Assembly: GCA_963743915.1 (NCBI GenBank)
Contig: CAVURN010000005.1
Location: 352,001 to 416,000 of the forward strand
Source: an uncultured Actinomycetota bacterium
GTDB taxonomy: Bacteria; Actinomycetota; Actinomycetes; JAHEKZ01
Length of the DNA: 64,000 nucleotides
Reading direction: 5' to 3'
The stretch's first letter is position 1. Each line of letters begins with the position of its first letter. Below the pieces are notes generated by a model that was given only the letters and a program-made list of their open reading frames with translations, did no database searches and had not been told where the DNA came from. Of this stretch, positions 1 to 10,705 are shown piece by piece. The translations under genes were made by a program, and so were the position numbers.

Positions 1-1636
1 GACGTTCGCAACCTCCTTCGGTGACGCACTCGACCCGGTCGAGCTGCTCAGCTTCGTCGGGCAGTCGCAGCAGGGGGCAGCGCTGGTCGTGTCGGCATCC
101 TTCGCCGCGTTCGCCGGCGTGGCGGCCAGGGAGGCCGAACGGCCTCTCGGCGCGTGGGTCGCCCTGCTCCTCGCACTTCTGGCGACGATCCCGCCCGCTG
201 TCACCGGACACGCAGCGGCAGCGGGCGACCACGATCTCGCCACCTCCTCGCTCGTCGTCCACGTGACAGGTGTGTCTCTCTGGGTCGGCGGGCTGCTCGC
301 GCTGGTCTGGTACGCAGGTGCGGACGGTCGCTTCCTGGCCCTCGCCGCCCGGCGCTACAGCGCCCTGGCGGTCTGGGCGTTCGTCGCGGTGGGCGTGAGT
401 GGTGTCGTCAACGCGCTGATCCGGCTGGACGGGCTCGACAACCTCACGACCAGCTACGGCGCGGTCGTGCTGCTCAAGGTGATCGCCTTCACCGCCCTCG
501 GCATCCTCGGCTGGGCGCACCGTCGGCACACTCTCCCGCAGGTCGACGCCGGCGCACCCTTCGCCTTTGCCCGTCTCGCTCTGGTCGAGGCATCGATCAT
601 GGTGCTGACCATCGGTGTCGCGGTGGGCCTGGCGGCAACTGCACCCCCTCCGTCTGGAGACACCACCGCACCACCCCCCGCCGAGGTGCTCCTCGGTCTG
701 CCGATGCCGGACGCGCCGTCGATCCTGGGCATCGTCACCGGCTGGAGACTCGACCTGCTCGTCGTCGGTGCACTGGTGGCGGCCGGCGGCCTCTACGGCC
801 GCGGGGTCTGGACCCTGCACCGACGCGGTGACCGGTGGAGCGTCGGCCGCACCGTCGCGTGGTACGCAGGTCTGGCGGTCATCGCCGTTGGCGCGCTGTC
901 GGGGCTCGCTGTCTACGGACGCGCCGCGTTCAGCCTGCACATGACGCAGCACATGGTGCTGAGCATGATCGCTCCCCTGCTGCTGGTGCTCGGTGCACCG
1001 GTCACCCTGGCGCTGCGATCTCTGACCGCGGCCAGCGCTGGTCAACCGTCGGGGCCCCGCGAGTGGCTGCTCGCCGCCCTGCAGAGCCCGTTCGCCAAGG
1101 TGCTGACGCATCCGGTGACGGCATTCGCCCTGTTCGTCAGCGCCCCGTACATGGTCTATTTCAGTGGCCTGTTCGAGACCGCAATGCGTCAGCACTGGGC
1201 CCACGAGCTGATGCACGTGCACTTCGTGCTCGTCGGGTACCTGTACTTCGAGTCGTTGATCGGGACCGACCCGATCCCCTACCGCGCCAGCTACCCGATG
1301 CGCATGGTGACGCTCTTCGCGTCCCTGGCGTTCCATGCCTTCTTCGCCGTCGCACTGATGAGCACCGACACCGTGATCGCCTCCGGCTACTACGAGACCC
1401 TCGACCGTTCGTGGTGGCCCGACCTGCTCGACGACCAGACGGGCGGCAGCGCCTTCGCATGGGCATTCGGTGAGCTTCCCGGGCTCATCGTGCTGGTGGT
1501 CCTGCTGTACCAGTGGTCGCGCGAGGACGATCGGCAGGCGCGACGTCAGGACCGGCAGGCCGACCGCACCGACGATGCCGAGCTCGTGGCGTACAACCGG
1601 ATGCTCGCCGCACGGCGGGACAACCCGCGCCAGTGA
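1..1636 (+). CDS. CopD/CtaG-type fusion membrane protein (cytochrome c oxidase assembly / copper resistance), 5' end outside window
   Basis: ORF 89..1636 is open from the window start. It is multi-TM with CopD-like 'TGHAA...HVTGVSLWVGGL' and CtaG-like 'SLHMTQHMVLSMIAPLLLVLGAP' and 'FHAFF' motifs. Confidence 0.85.
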   Translation, partial: TFATSFGDALDPVELLSFVGQSQQGAALVVSASFAAFAGVAAREAERPLGAWVALLLALLATIPPAVTGHAAAAGDHDLATSSLVVHVTGVSLWVGGLLALVWYAGADGRFLALAARRYSALAVWAFVAVGVSGVVNALIRLDGLDNLTTSYGAVVLLKVIAFTALGILGWAHRRHTLPQVDAGAPFAFARLALVEASIMVLTIGVAVGLAATAPPPSGDTTAPPPAEVLLGLPMPDAPSILGIVTGWRLDLLVVGALVAAGGLYGRGVWTLHRRGDRWSVGRTVAWYAGLAVIAVGALSGLAVYGRAAFSLHMTQHMVLSMIAPLLLVLGAPVTLALRSLTAASAGQPSGPREWLLAALQSPFAKVLTHPVTAFALFVSAPYMVYFSGLFETAMRQHWAHELMHVHFVLVGYLYFESLIGTDPIPYRASYPMRMVTLFASLAFHAFFAVALMSTDTVIASGYYETLDRSWWPDLLDDQTGGSAFAWAFGELPGLIVLVVLLYQWSREDDRQARRQDRQADRTDDAELVAYNRMLAARRDNPRQ

Positions 1637-1666
1637 CCCTCGAGCGGCCTTCGGGGGGAGACCTTA

Positions 1667-1680
1667 CTTCAACGTTCAAG
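1667..1680. promoter_or_regulatory. Probable MarR operator (imperfect palindrome CTTCAACGTTCAAG) next to a TAGGAT -10 box; likely leaderless marR transcript
   Basis: Dyad seen in sequence about 20 nt before the ATG at 1701. Confidence 0.45.
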
Positions 1681-1700
1681 CATTGGGTTAGGATGCGCGC

Positions 1701-2183
1701 ATGACCGCCGGACCGTCCCTCGCCCGCTCTGCCTCCGTACGGTGGCTCAGCGACGACGAGCAGGCCACCTGGCGCGCGTTCCTCGCGATGCAGCGCAAGA
1801 TCCGCGACCGCCTCGAGCGGCAGCTGCAGCAGGACGCCGGGGTGCCGATGACGTACTACATCATCTTGGCCATGCTCTCCGAGGCGCCCGACCGCACCCT
1901 GCGGATGACCGAGCTCGCGACCATCGCCGGCACCTCCCAGAGCCAGCTCTCCCACGCTGCCTCGCGTCTGGAGGAGGCGGGCTGGATCGAGCGGCAACGG
2001 TGCCTGGACGACAAGCGCGGCTACCTGGCGATCCTGACCGACGCCGGCTTCCAGGTGCTGGCCGAGGCCGCACCCAGCCACGTCGAGAGCGTGCGTGCGG
2101 TGCTGTTCGACCGCCTCACCCCGCAGCAGGTGCGTCAGCTGCGCACCATCGCCGACGCCGTCAACACCGACGACGACGCCTGA
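1701..2183 (+). CDS. MarR family transcriptional regulator
   Basis: 160 aa; 'RWLSDDEQATWRAF', wHTH, 'DDKRG...LTDAG'. Confidence 0.9.
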   Translation: MTAGPSLARSASVRWLSDDEQATWRAFLAMQRKIRDRLERQLQQDAGVPMTYYIILAMLSEAPDRTLRMTELATIAGTSQSQLSHAASRLEEAGWIERQRCLDDKRGYLAILTDAGFQVLAEAAPSHVESVRAVLFDRLTPQQVRQLRTIADAVNTDDDA

Positions 2184-2184
2184 C

Positions 2185-3144
2185 CTAGCCCGCTTCGCTC
2201 CCGCCGACGTTCCGCCCCGCGAACACGCGAAGCGCCATCCCTTCCAGCGCGGCTGCTCTTCGCGTCAGACGAGCCCCGGCCGGCTTGGCGAGAACCACCG
2301 TGAGCGCCGGAACAGGATCGGCGAGGTCTCGCGCCACCACTCGACGGCCCTCGACCGACTCGTCGTTGTTCGGCCTCAGGTTGAGCAGGCTCCATCCGAG
2401 CCCACGGCCCACCAGCGCCCGCGCGGTCTCCGCACTGCGGGTGCGGTACCTGACCTGCGGTTCCACGCCCGCGGCGGTGAAGGCAGCCCTGAAGTAGTCA
2501 CGGCTGTGCGGCAGGTCCAGCAGGACGAACGGCTCGTCGGCCAGGTCTGCCAGGCGCACCGACGCGGCGCTGCTCAACGGGTGGTCGGCGGGAAGGAGTG
2601 CGTGGGCCCGTACCTCCAGGAGGGGGCGACGCTCGATCGCTTCGCCGAGTCCCAGGTCGTAGGTCAGCGCCACCTCGAAACGTCCCTCGCGCAGCCCGGT
2701 CTCGATGCCGTCCAGGGGCTCCTCGACAGGGTCCACCTCCAACCCCGGCAGCTCATCGGCCACGGCAGCCACCAACGTCGGCACCAAGTAGGGGGCCAGG
2801 ATCGCGAAGCACCCGAGCCGGATCCGTCCCACCAGGCCTTCACCGAGGGCGTGCGCCGAGGTGTCCAGGTCGTCCGCCTGCCGCAGCAGCTCGCGGGCCG
2901 CCACCAGGAGCTCGTCCCCGGACGGGGTCAGTGTCACACCGCGGGCATGGTGCCTGACCAGCAGCTGCACACCCAGAGCCCGTTCGAGGTCTGCCAGAGC
3001 CGTGGACATGGCCGACTGCGACAGGTGGACCTGCTCGGCCGCAGCGGTCAACGTCCCCGCCTCGGCGACCGCGACGAAGTACTCGAGCTGGCGCAGCGTG
3101 AAGCGAGCCCTGGGGCTCCGCTCGTCGGGGGTGGTCACCCGCAC
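2185..3144 (-). CDS. LysR family transcriptional regulator (HinK-like position)
   Basis: 'FTLRQLEYFVAVAEAGTLTAAAEQVHLSQSAMSTALADLE' LysR HTH; last gene of the 10354->2185 run. Confidence 0.93.
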   Translation of the reverse strand: MRVTTPDERSPRARFTLRQLEYFVAVAEAGTLTAAAEQVHLSQSAMSTALADLERALGVQLLVRHHARGVTLTPSGDELLVAARELLRQADDLDTSAHALGEGLVGRIRLGCFAILAPYLVPTLVAAVADELPGLEVDPVEEPLDGIETGLREGRFEVALTYDLGLGEAIERRPLLEVRAHALLPADHPLSSAASVRLADLADEPFVLLDLPHSRDYFRAAFTAAGVEPQVRYRTRSAETARALVGRGLGWSLLNLRPNNDESVEGRRVVARDLADPVPALTVVLAKPAGARLTRRAAALEGMALRVFAGRNVGGSEAG

Positions 3145-3165
3145 TGCCCGTCGTCAGTCGGCATC

Positions 3166-4655
3166 TCAGTAGCTGATCCAGGTGGTCTTCAAGGCGGTGT
3201 ACTTGTCGAACGAGTGGATCGAGAGGTCACGGCCAACGCCGGACTGCTTGAAGCCTCCGAAGGGCGTCATCGGGCTCAGCGCATCGACGGTGTTGACCGA
3301 GACGGTGCCGACCTTCAGCTGCTCCGAGACCCTCAGCGCCCGTGAGAGGTCGGACGTCCACACCGACGCCGCCAGCCCGAATCGCGTGTCGTTGGCGATG
3401 CTCACCGCCTCCTCCTCGTCATCGAACGGGATCACCGCCAGCACCGGACCGAAGATCTCGTCGCGAGCGATCTCGTGATCGTTGGAGACATCGTCGAAGA
3501 TGGTGGGCGTCACGTAGCAGTCGCTCGACAGGGTGAGTCGATCGCCACCGACCACGAGCCTTGCCGACCTCCGTCCCGACTCCACGAACCTCATGACCCG
3601 GTCGGTGTGCTGGCGACTGACCAGAGCACCCACGGTCGTGCTCGGATCCAGGGGGTGACCCGGTGCCATCGCCTCTGCCTGTTCGACGAGTCGCTCCAGC
3701 AATGCGTCCTTGACCGAACGGTGGACGAGCAGCCGGGAGTTGGCCGAGCACACCTCGCCCTGGTTGTAGAAGATGCCGAACGCCGACTTTGCCGCCACCT
3801 CGTCCAACGAGGTGGCGTCCGCGAAGACCAGGTTGGGGCTCTTGCCGCCGAGCTCCAGCCACACCTGCTTGGCGTTCGACTCCGCCGAGTACGAGAGGAA
3901 GAGCTTGCCGACCTCCGTCGACCCGGTGAATGCGAGGCAGTCGACGTCCGGATGGCGGCCGAGCCCCTGACCGGCGGTCTCGCCGAAACCCGGGAGCACG
4001 TTCAGCACTCCGTCCGGGACTCCAGCCTCGGTCGCGAGCTGAGCGAGCCGCAGAGCCGAGAGGGGGACTGCTCCGCAGGCTTGAGCACCACCGAGTTGCC
4101 GCTGGCCAGAGCCGGTGCGCACTTCCACGCCGCCGTGTCGAGCGGGAAGTTCCACGGGACGACAGCCGCGACGACCCCCAGCGGCTCGCGGCGCACCAGG
4201 GCGAGATCGCCACGACCGGTCGGGGCGATCTCGTCGTACACCTTGTCGATCGCCTCGGCGTGCCACTGCCAGACACCGGCTGCCGCGGGGACGTCCACCG
4301 CCAGCGCGTCGCTGATCGGTTTGCCCATGTCGAGGCACTCGAGCAGGGCCAGCTCCTCGGCGTTCTCGCGAATCAGACCGACCAGGCGAAGAAGCACCTC
4401 CTTGCGGTCCGCGGGGGAGGCGTGGGCCCAGTCGCCCCGGGCGAAGGCCGCACGAGCCGCTGCCACCGCCCGGTCGACGTCGTCGACGTCGGCTGAGGCG
4501 ACATCGCCCAGGACGTCGCCGGTGGTCGGGCTGAAGTTGGCGAACGTCTGCCCCGAGGCGACGTCGACCTGGGCACCGTCGATGTAGGCAGCGCCCGGCA
4601 GCTCGAGCGCTGCGACGCGCTTCTCCCAGTCATCGCGTGTCAGGGCTTGGCTCAT
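3166..4655 (-). CDS. Aldehyde dehydrogenase (PuuC/HinD-like; candidate imidazole-acetaldehyde dehydrogenase), one frameshift near 4060
   Basis: Joined from ORFs 4002..4655 and 3166..4338: 'VPWNFP', 'LKPAEQSP', 'FTGST', 'LELGGKSP', 'NQGEVC', 'EIFGP'. Confidence 0.9.
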
Positions 4656-6740
4656 GCGGATGACTCCTCAGGGGCGAGTCCAGTGACCTCGCGCCGGAAG
4701 GGGACGCTGTCGCCCGTGCGCGGCGGGCCGTCCAGCTCTTCGGCGTACTTGTGTCCTTCATAGACGGCTGCGGCGATCGTGGCGGGGGCGAAGGCGTCGC
4801 CGATCGCACGGACACTCAGCAGCCCGGCGTCCGTCCACTCACCGCTGCGAGCGTTGAGGCCGGTGAACAGCTCGTCGCGCGGCAGGCGAGCCGTCACCAT
4901 CACGACCGCGTCGGCGGGCACCGCCTCCTCGCGTCCGGTGTACGCGCAGGCCAGGGTGACCTCCCCGTCCCCCATTGCGGTCAGCGTTCGCGCCGTTCGC
5001 ACCTGCACGCCGGCGTTCAGCACCCGCTCCTGGATCCGGATGATCTCCAGCGTGTTGTTCGTCCAGCTCGACACCTGTGCCGCCGGCGTCACCAGCTGGA
5101 CGTCGTACCCCTCCGCCGCGAGCAGCTCGGACAGGACACCCCCCATGTAGTAGTGGTCGTCGTCGAAGACCACGACACGTGGGCCGGAAGGACGCTCCCC
5201 CGACATCAGGTCGTCCGGGGTCAGCACCGGCAGTGATCCCGCGGTGGGGACCGGGGTCAGGTGCCAGCGACCGATGCCGTCGGCGCGCCATCTGGCGCCC
5301 GTCGCCACCACCACGTGCTCGAAGCCGCTGCCGATGATGTCGTCGACCTCCATGGGTGACTCCATGGCGACCTCGACGTTCTTCAGGCCACGGATCTGCT
5401 GCTCGCGGTGGTCGAGCACCCGCACCCACGCGGCCAGACCGGGCAGGCGGGACTCGCGCCAGACGCGACCACCGAGCTGGCGCGTCGCCTCGGTCAGGGT
5501 GACGTCGTACCCGCGTTGGCCCAGCGACTTCGCCGCCTCCAGCCCGGAAGGACCGGCTCCGACGACAAGCACCGAGGTCTCCGATCCGCGCACTTTGATC
5601 CGCTCGGGGTGCCACCCGCGCCGCCACTCCTCACCCATCGTCGGGTTCTGCGTGCACCTGATCGGAGACATCGTGAAGTCGCCGGACACACAGATGTTGC
5701 AGCCGATGCACTCGCGGATGTCCTCGAGCCTTCCCTCCTCGATCTTGCGCGGCAGGAAGGGGTCGGCGATCGAGGGTCTGGCAGCGCCGATCAGGTCCAG
5801 GATCCCCTGACGCACCTGGCGCACCATGGTGTCCGGCGAGGTGAAGCGACCGACGCCGACGACGGGCCGGGTGGTCAGCTGCTTCAAGCCCTTGACGTAC
5901 TCCTCCTGCGCGCCCTCGGGCCCGAAGCGCGACGTGACGGAGTCGTCCTCCCAGGACCCGAGCACGAAGTCCCAAAGGTCCGGGTGCTCAGCGAGCTCGG
6001 CGACGACCTCCTCGATCGCCGCGCGGTCGATCCCGCCGTCACCGAGCAGCTCGTCGACGGTGATCCGGCAGGCGACCGCCGCCTTGCCGTCACACGCCTC
6101 CCGGGTGTCCTCGAGGATCTCGCGCAGCAGCCTCATGCGGTTCAGGGTGCTGCCGCCGTACTCGTCGGTCCGCTGGTTGTAGCGCGGACTCAGGAAGTGG
6201 TGGATGCCTCCCAGCGCGTGGCCGGCATACACGTACACGATGTCGTAGCCGGCCTCGATCGCACGCCCGGCCGCCGCCTTGTGCCAGCGGCGCAGGTCGA
6301 CGATGTCCTGCTTGGTCATGGCCCTCGCCTGGACCGGGTCCAACGACCACGTGGCGACCGGCAGGTGTGCCGGACCCATCGGCGCCTCGCGGCTGTAGAG
6401 GTTCGGACCGTTCATGCCGTTGTAGGTCAGCTCGAGGCCGGCCAGAGCCCCGTGCTCGTGCACGCGATCGGCCATCCGGGCCAGGGCCGGGATGTCCTGG
6501 TCGTCCCAGAGCCGCAGCTCGATGAACGGGCGTGATGTCGGACGAGTAGTGGAACTCGACCTGCTCGGTGCACACCACACCCCAGCCGCCCTCGGCCTTG
6601 ACGCCGCGCATGGTCGCGAGCGCCGTCACGTCCCGGTACCCCATGCCGTTGCAGTGCGGAACCTGGAAGAAGCGGTTGGGGGCAGTGACCGGACCGATCG
6701 GGACCGGTTCGAAGAGGACGTCGTAGCGGGGGTCACGCAT
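4652..6740 (-). CDS. Histamine dehydrogenase (TMADH family; 6-S-cysteinyl-FMN, [4Fe-4S]), frameshift near 6535
   Basis: 'YDVLFEPVPIGPVTAPNRFFQVPHCNGMGYRD', 'PFIELRLWDDQD', 'VYVYAGH', 'GSWEDDSVTSRF', 'ECIGCNICVSGDFTMSPIRCTQNP' and C-terminal 'VPFRREVTGLA' closely follow Nocardioides simplex histamine dehydrogenase as I recall it. Confidence 0.85.
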
Positions 6741-7929
6741 CGCTGCTCCTCGGCGGGACGGCCAGCAGTCGAGCCCGCTCGTCTGCATCACTTGCCACGT
6801 CGACGACGGTCAACGCCAACGCGGTCGCCGCATCGAGCACGGCGCGGTCGGCTGCGGGCGTCGCGGCGGCGGCGGCGAACTCCGGTTGGTGGTTCACCGC
6901 AGGAAGGGAGTCGATCCCGATGTACGGGTGGATCGCCGGCACCACCTGGGACACGTTGCCCATGTCGGTGGACGCCCGGTTCATCCGGGTCGCAGGGTCG
7001 TCGGGACTGGCGAACCGGCGTCCGAGGCCCTCGGCGTTGGCGACATACCTGGCCAGCACCGAGGTGTCGTTGCGGAAGTCGGCGTACGGCTGGCCCTCGG
7101 ACGTGATCGTGAGCCGGCAGTCGGTGGCCAATGCCCCGGCCTCGAAGCACTTGGCCGCGCGAGCCTCGACCTCACGCATCTGCGACATCGTGGTGCCTCG
7201 TACGTACCAGTGACCCTGTGTGCGGTCGGGGATCACGTTCGGCGCCTCTCCGCCGTGCGTCACGATGCCGTGCACCCGCGAGTCGGACGGGAGCTGCTGG
7301 CGCAGCAGGGCCAACGCCACCTGCGCGATCGTGAAGGCGTCCGCAGCGTTGACACCGAGGTCGGGGTAGGCAGCCGCATGCGCGGCCTTGCCCTCGTAGG
7401 TGACGCGCGAGGTGCGAGACGGCATACGCCTCTGCGCTGTGCGACGTCGACCGGCCCGGGGTGGGCCATCAGCGCCAGGTGCGCATCGTCGAAGGCGCCG
7501 CGGTCGAGCAGCTCGAGCTTGCCGCCGGCGCCCTCTTCGGCCGGCGTCCCGAGCAGCTTCACGCGGATGCCGAGGTCGTCGGCGACCGCTCCGAGCGCCA
7601 GCGCGGTACCGACCGACGACGCAGCGATCACGTTGTGACCGCAGGCATGACCGAGGCCGGGGAGCGCGTCGTACTCGGCGCAGACGACCACGGTCAGCGG
7701 GTCCGTCTCCGCGCACGGCCTCGACCGCAGTGGCGACCCCGTAGGCCTGCGGCGTCACGTCGAAGCCCGCCGACCGCCATGGCGTCGGCCACCCATGCCG
7801 CTGGCGCGCACCTCTTCCCACGCCACCTCGGGGTGGGCGTGGATCCGGTGGCTGAGGTCGATCAGCGCGTCGGCGTCTCCGCTGCGACGACGCGACGTCG
7901 CCTCGTCGCGCACCTCGGTCAGCCGTCAC
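6733..7929 (-). CDS. M20 family amidohydrolase (HinG-like position), several frameshifts
   Basis: Pieces read 'LIDLSHRIHAHPEVAWEE', 'EYDALPGLGHACGHNVIA', 'GTPAEEG', 'GKAAHAAAYP', 'STDMGNVSQVVPAIHP'; the GTG overlaps the upstream TGA. Confidence 0.8.
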   Translation of the reverse strand: MTADRGARRGDVASSQRRRRRADRPQPPDPRPPRGGVGRGARQRHGWPTPWRSAGFDVTPQAYGVATAVEAVRGDGPADRGRLRRVRRAPRPRSCLRSQRDRCVVGRYRAGARSGRRRPRHPREAARDAGRRGRRRQARAARPRRLRRCAPGADGPPRAGRRRTAQRRMPSRTSRVTYEGKAAHAAAYPDLGVNAADAFTIAQVALALLRQQLPSDSRVHGIVTHGGEAPNVIPDRTQGHWYVRGTTMSQMREVEARAAKCFEAGALATDCRLTITSEGQPYADFRNDTSVLARYVANAEGLGRRFASPDDPATRMNRASTDMGNVSQVVPAIHPYIGIDSLPAVNHQPEFAAAAATPAADRAVLDAATALALTVVDVASDADERARLLAVPPRSSDA

Positions 7930-8624
7930 CGGGCGTCTCCCGGTACGCCGTAGCTCGGCGAGCTCTCGGGGTCGAGCGCCCGCTACCAGGTAGGCCTGCT
8001 CCTGGGGCTGCCAGACGCGCCAGAGCCGCGCGAGCTCGCCACCGGCTCGTCGTGCCAGTCGACCCGGAGATCGGTCACCGGCCAGGTGTAGACCGGGTCC
8101 GGATCGGCGACCAGCAGACCGGCCGAGTGCACGGGGCCGGCTTCGCCCCCGGCGGCGAGGGCGGCGGCGAGCCCCGCGATCAGCCGCTCTCCGAGCGGTG
8201 CCGATGGGTCGAGCCTGCGAAGGCATCGGCCGCGGCGTCCAGCACCGACGGCGACGACAGCAGGTTGCCGGCAACGACGACCCCGGCGCGCGACGACCTG
8301 GCCGTGCACGCCCAGTGCCTGCTCGACCGGTCCAGGCCGCGGTCGTCGCCGTTGCGGTCGACGGCGGTCAGCTGACGCCAGGCGATGACGGCGCGTGCGG
8401 CTGGCGTCCGACGACGTCGGCCACCGCGGCGTCCGGCTCGGCCCCCGCTCGAGGGCGTCCAGCATCGTCGGTCCCAGACGCGGGTCGGTGACGTTCTGCG
8501 TGGTGACGGCGCCGACGCCACCGCGGACCCAGGCACAGCGGGCCGCGACTGCCGGTGACGACGACGTGATCGCCACACCCATGGCGCCGGTCCTGGCGCA
8601 GTGGCCGCCCACGCTGAACGTCAT
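7926..8624 (-). CDS. DUF1028 family (Ntn-hydrolase-like; HinH-like), frameshifted
   Basis: N-terminus 'MTFSV...TGAMGVAITSSSPAVAARC', 'TQNVTDPRLG', 'AGGEAGPVHSAGL', 'DLRVDWHDEP', C-terminus 'ALDPESSPSYGVPGD'. Confidence 0.85.
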
Positions 8625-9044
8625 GACGCCACCCGACTCGGACGAGCACCGCGGTCACGTCGATCTCGACCAGCCACTCCGGCCGGGCAAGCGCGGTGAC
8701 GACCAGACCGGTCGACACCGGGTAGACACCCTTCAGCCATCGGCCCATCACCCGGTAGACCGGCTCGCGGATAGCGGATGTCGGTGAGGTAGACGACGAC
8801 CTTCACGACGTCGTCCAGACTCGAGCCGCACTCGTCGAGCAGCATCGCCATGTTCGCCATGGCCTTCTCGGCCTGCCTCGACGTCACCGATCGCAACCGA
8901 CTCGCGGGTGTCGAGGTCCTGCCGATCTGGCCGCGCAGGTAGACCGTGCCGCCGGCGACCACGGCCTGGCACAGGTCGTTGTCGAGGTTCTGCTCCGGGT
9001 AGGTGTCGCGGGTGTTGAAGGGGCGGATCGCGTCGGTGGCTCAT
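8621..9044 (-). CDS. RidA/YjgF family enamine deaminase (HinL-like), frameshifted
   Basis: 'RPFNTRDTYPEQNLDNDLCQAVVA...VYLRGQIG', 'WLKGVYPVSTGLVVTALARPEWLVEIDVTAV'; ATGA overlaps at both ends. Confidence 0.85.
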
Positions 9045-10354
9045 GCGCGATCCCCCGAGCTGCACCGCCTGGACCCGTCGCCACACTGGTCGCGAGCTCG
9101 CTGCCGCGGTAGGCCAGGTAGCCGCGCTGCGATCGCGATGTGGTCGGCGACGAACCTGGCGTCGTGCCAGACGCCCCAGATGAAGGACGAGCCGCGCCGC
9201 GACAGCCACGGCAGCCCGAGGAAGTAGATCCCGGGCTCGGTCGACACACCGCGCTGGTGCCTCGGCCTGCCGGTCTCGTCGAAGGCGTCGACCTGCAGCC
9301 AGCCGAAGTCGACGGCGAAGCCGGTCGCCCAGACGATCGACGTGACGCCCGGCGCTCGCGAGGTCGAGCTCGAGGATCGGGTCGGTCACGCACGCCGGAG
9401 CCGGGCCCAGGATGCGCGCGCCTCGGCTCCTCGGGCAGGTCGAGCCCGTTGCGCGCGACGTAGGCGTCGGCCTCGTCGAGCACCGAGAGGTAGTTGGCGT
9501 CGCCGTGGGCGATGTTGTCGGCCAGGTCCGGCGCGAAGGTGCATCACACCGTCCTCGAACGAGCTCGTCCGGCCGACGAGCATCATGCCGCGCGCGGCGA
9601 GGTCGCGGAAGTCGACGGTCTGGCCGCCATGGGCGCCGCTGACCGCGATGGTGACGTGCTCCTTGCCCTGCGGCGGGGTCTCCTCGTCCCACTTGCCGAG
9701 CACGCCGAGCCACCAGACGAAGTCGCGCCCGCGATAGCGCCGCGGCGGACGGTCGTGCGGACCGACCGACAGGTAGACGCGCCGCCCGGCGCGCAGCAGC
9801 TCGTCGGCGATCTGCACCCCCGACGATCCGGCCCCGACGACGAGCACCGCGCCCTCGGGCAGCTGGCTCGGGGTTGCGGTAGGCGCTGGAGTGGATCTGC
9901 TGAGGCCCGGCGTCGTCGGGCACGATCGCAGGAATGACCGGGCGCTGGAACGGTCCGGTCGCGGCCACGACGAAGCGCGCGTCGATGGCCCCGTCCGAGG
10001 TCTCGACGCGGAAGCCCGGCCGGCCGGCGTTCCGCTGCGACCGACGTCACCTCGACGCCGCAGCGGATCGGTGCGGCGATCTTCTCCGCGTAGGCGACGA
10101 AGTAGTCGGCGACCTGCTCCTTGGGAGCGAACGCGTCCGGGCTCGACGTCGGGGAACTCCAGGCCGGGGAAACGGTCGTGCCAGGCCGGCCCGTTGGCGA
10201 CCAGCGAGTCCCACCGCCCGGACCGCCAGCGCTCGGCGATGCGGTCCCGCTCGAGGACGAGGTGCGGCACGCCGCACCGGCTCAGGTGCTCGCTCATCGC
10301 CACGCCGGCCTGCCCCGCGCCGACCACCACGGCATCGACCACTTCGTCCGCCAT
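9041..10354 (-). CDS. Flavin-containing monooxygenase family (HinF-like; candidate imidazole-acetate monooxygenase), multiple frameshifts
   Basis: 'VVGAGQAG', 'RWDSLVANGPAWHDRFP', 'QIHSSAYRNP', 'VVGAGSSGVQIADEL', 'WATGF', 'GLPWLSRRGSSFIWGVWHDA'. Confidence 0.85.
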
Positions 10355-10483
10355 CTCGGCACTCCCTGGGTGAGGCTCCGTCGTCCTGGCTGCCTGGCGC
10401 TCTCTGCGCACCTCAGGCCGCTGTCTCCGGCATCCTGGTCGGTCGGATACCCCCTGTCCAACAGATGTTCTCGGGGACTGGCT

Positions 10484-10496
10484 TCGGCTTTACCGA
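10484..10496. promoter_or_regulatory. Putative LysR binding site (T-N11-A, TCGG-N5-CCGA) upstream of a TGGACA-N17-CAGGAT promoter on the minus strand
   Basis: Dyad TCGGCTTTACCGA about 130 nt upstream of the monooxygenase start. Confidence 0.45.
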
Positions 10497-10557
10497 TGTA
10501 GAGGCGGAGGCGGACGCAGGGGTGCGGAGATCACGGAGGAAGGATCACGCGGTTGGG

Positions 10558-10631
10558 TGGAGCTGAGGGGATTTGAACCCCTGACCCCCTCGTTGCGAAC
10601 GAGGTGCGCTACCGGACTGCGCCACAGCCCC
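10558..10631 (-). tRNA. tRNA-Ala(CGC), CCA not encoded
   Basis: Reverse complement GGGGCTGTGGCGCAGTCCGGTAGCGCACCTCGTTCGCAACGAGGGGGTCAGGGGTTCAAATCCCCTCAGCTCCA; G3:U70 pair, anticodon CGC, GTTCAA T-loop. Confidence 0.96.
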
Positions 10632-10705
10632 TGGCTGTCCACCCACGAGGGGGGACGGCAGGACCGGATGAGGATAGCAACGGAGCGTCCCGCCGCCCGA
10701 ATCGG

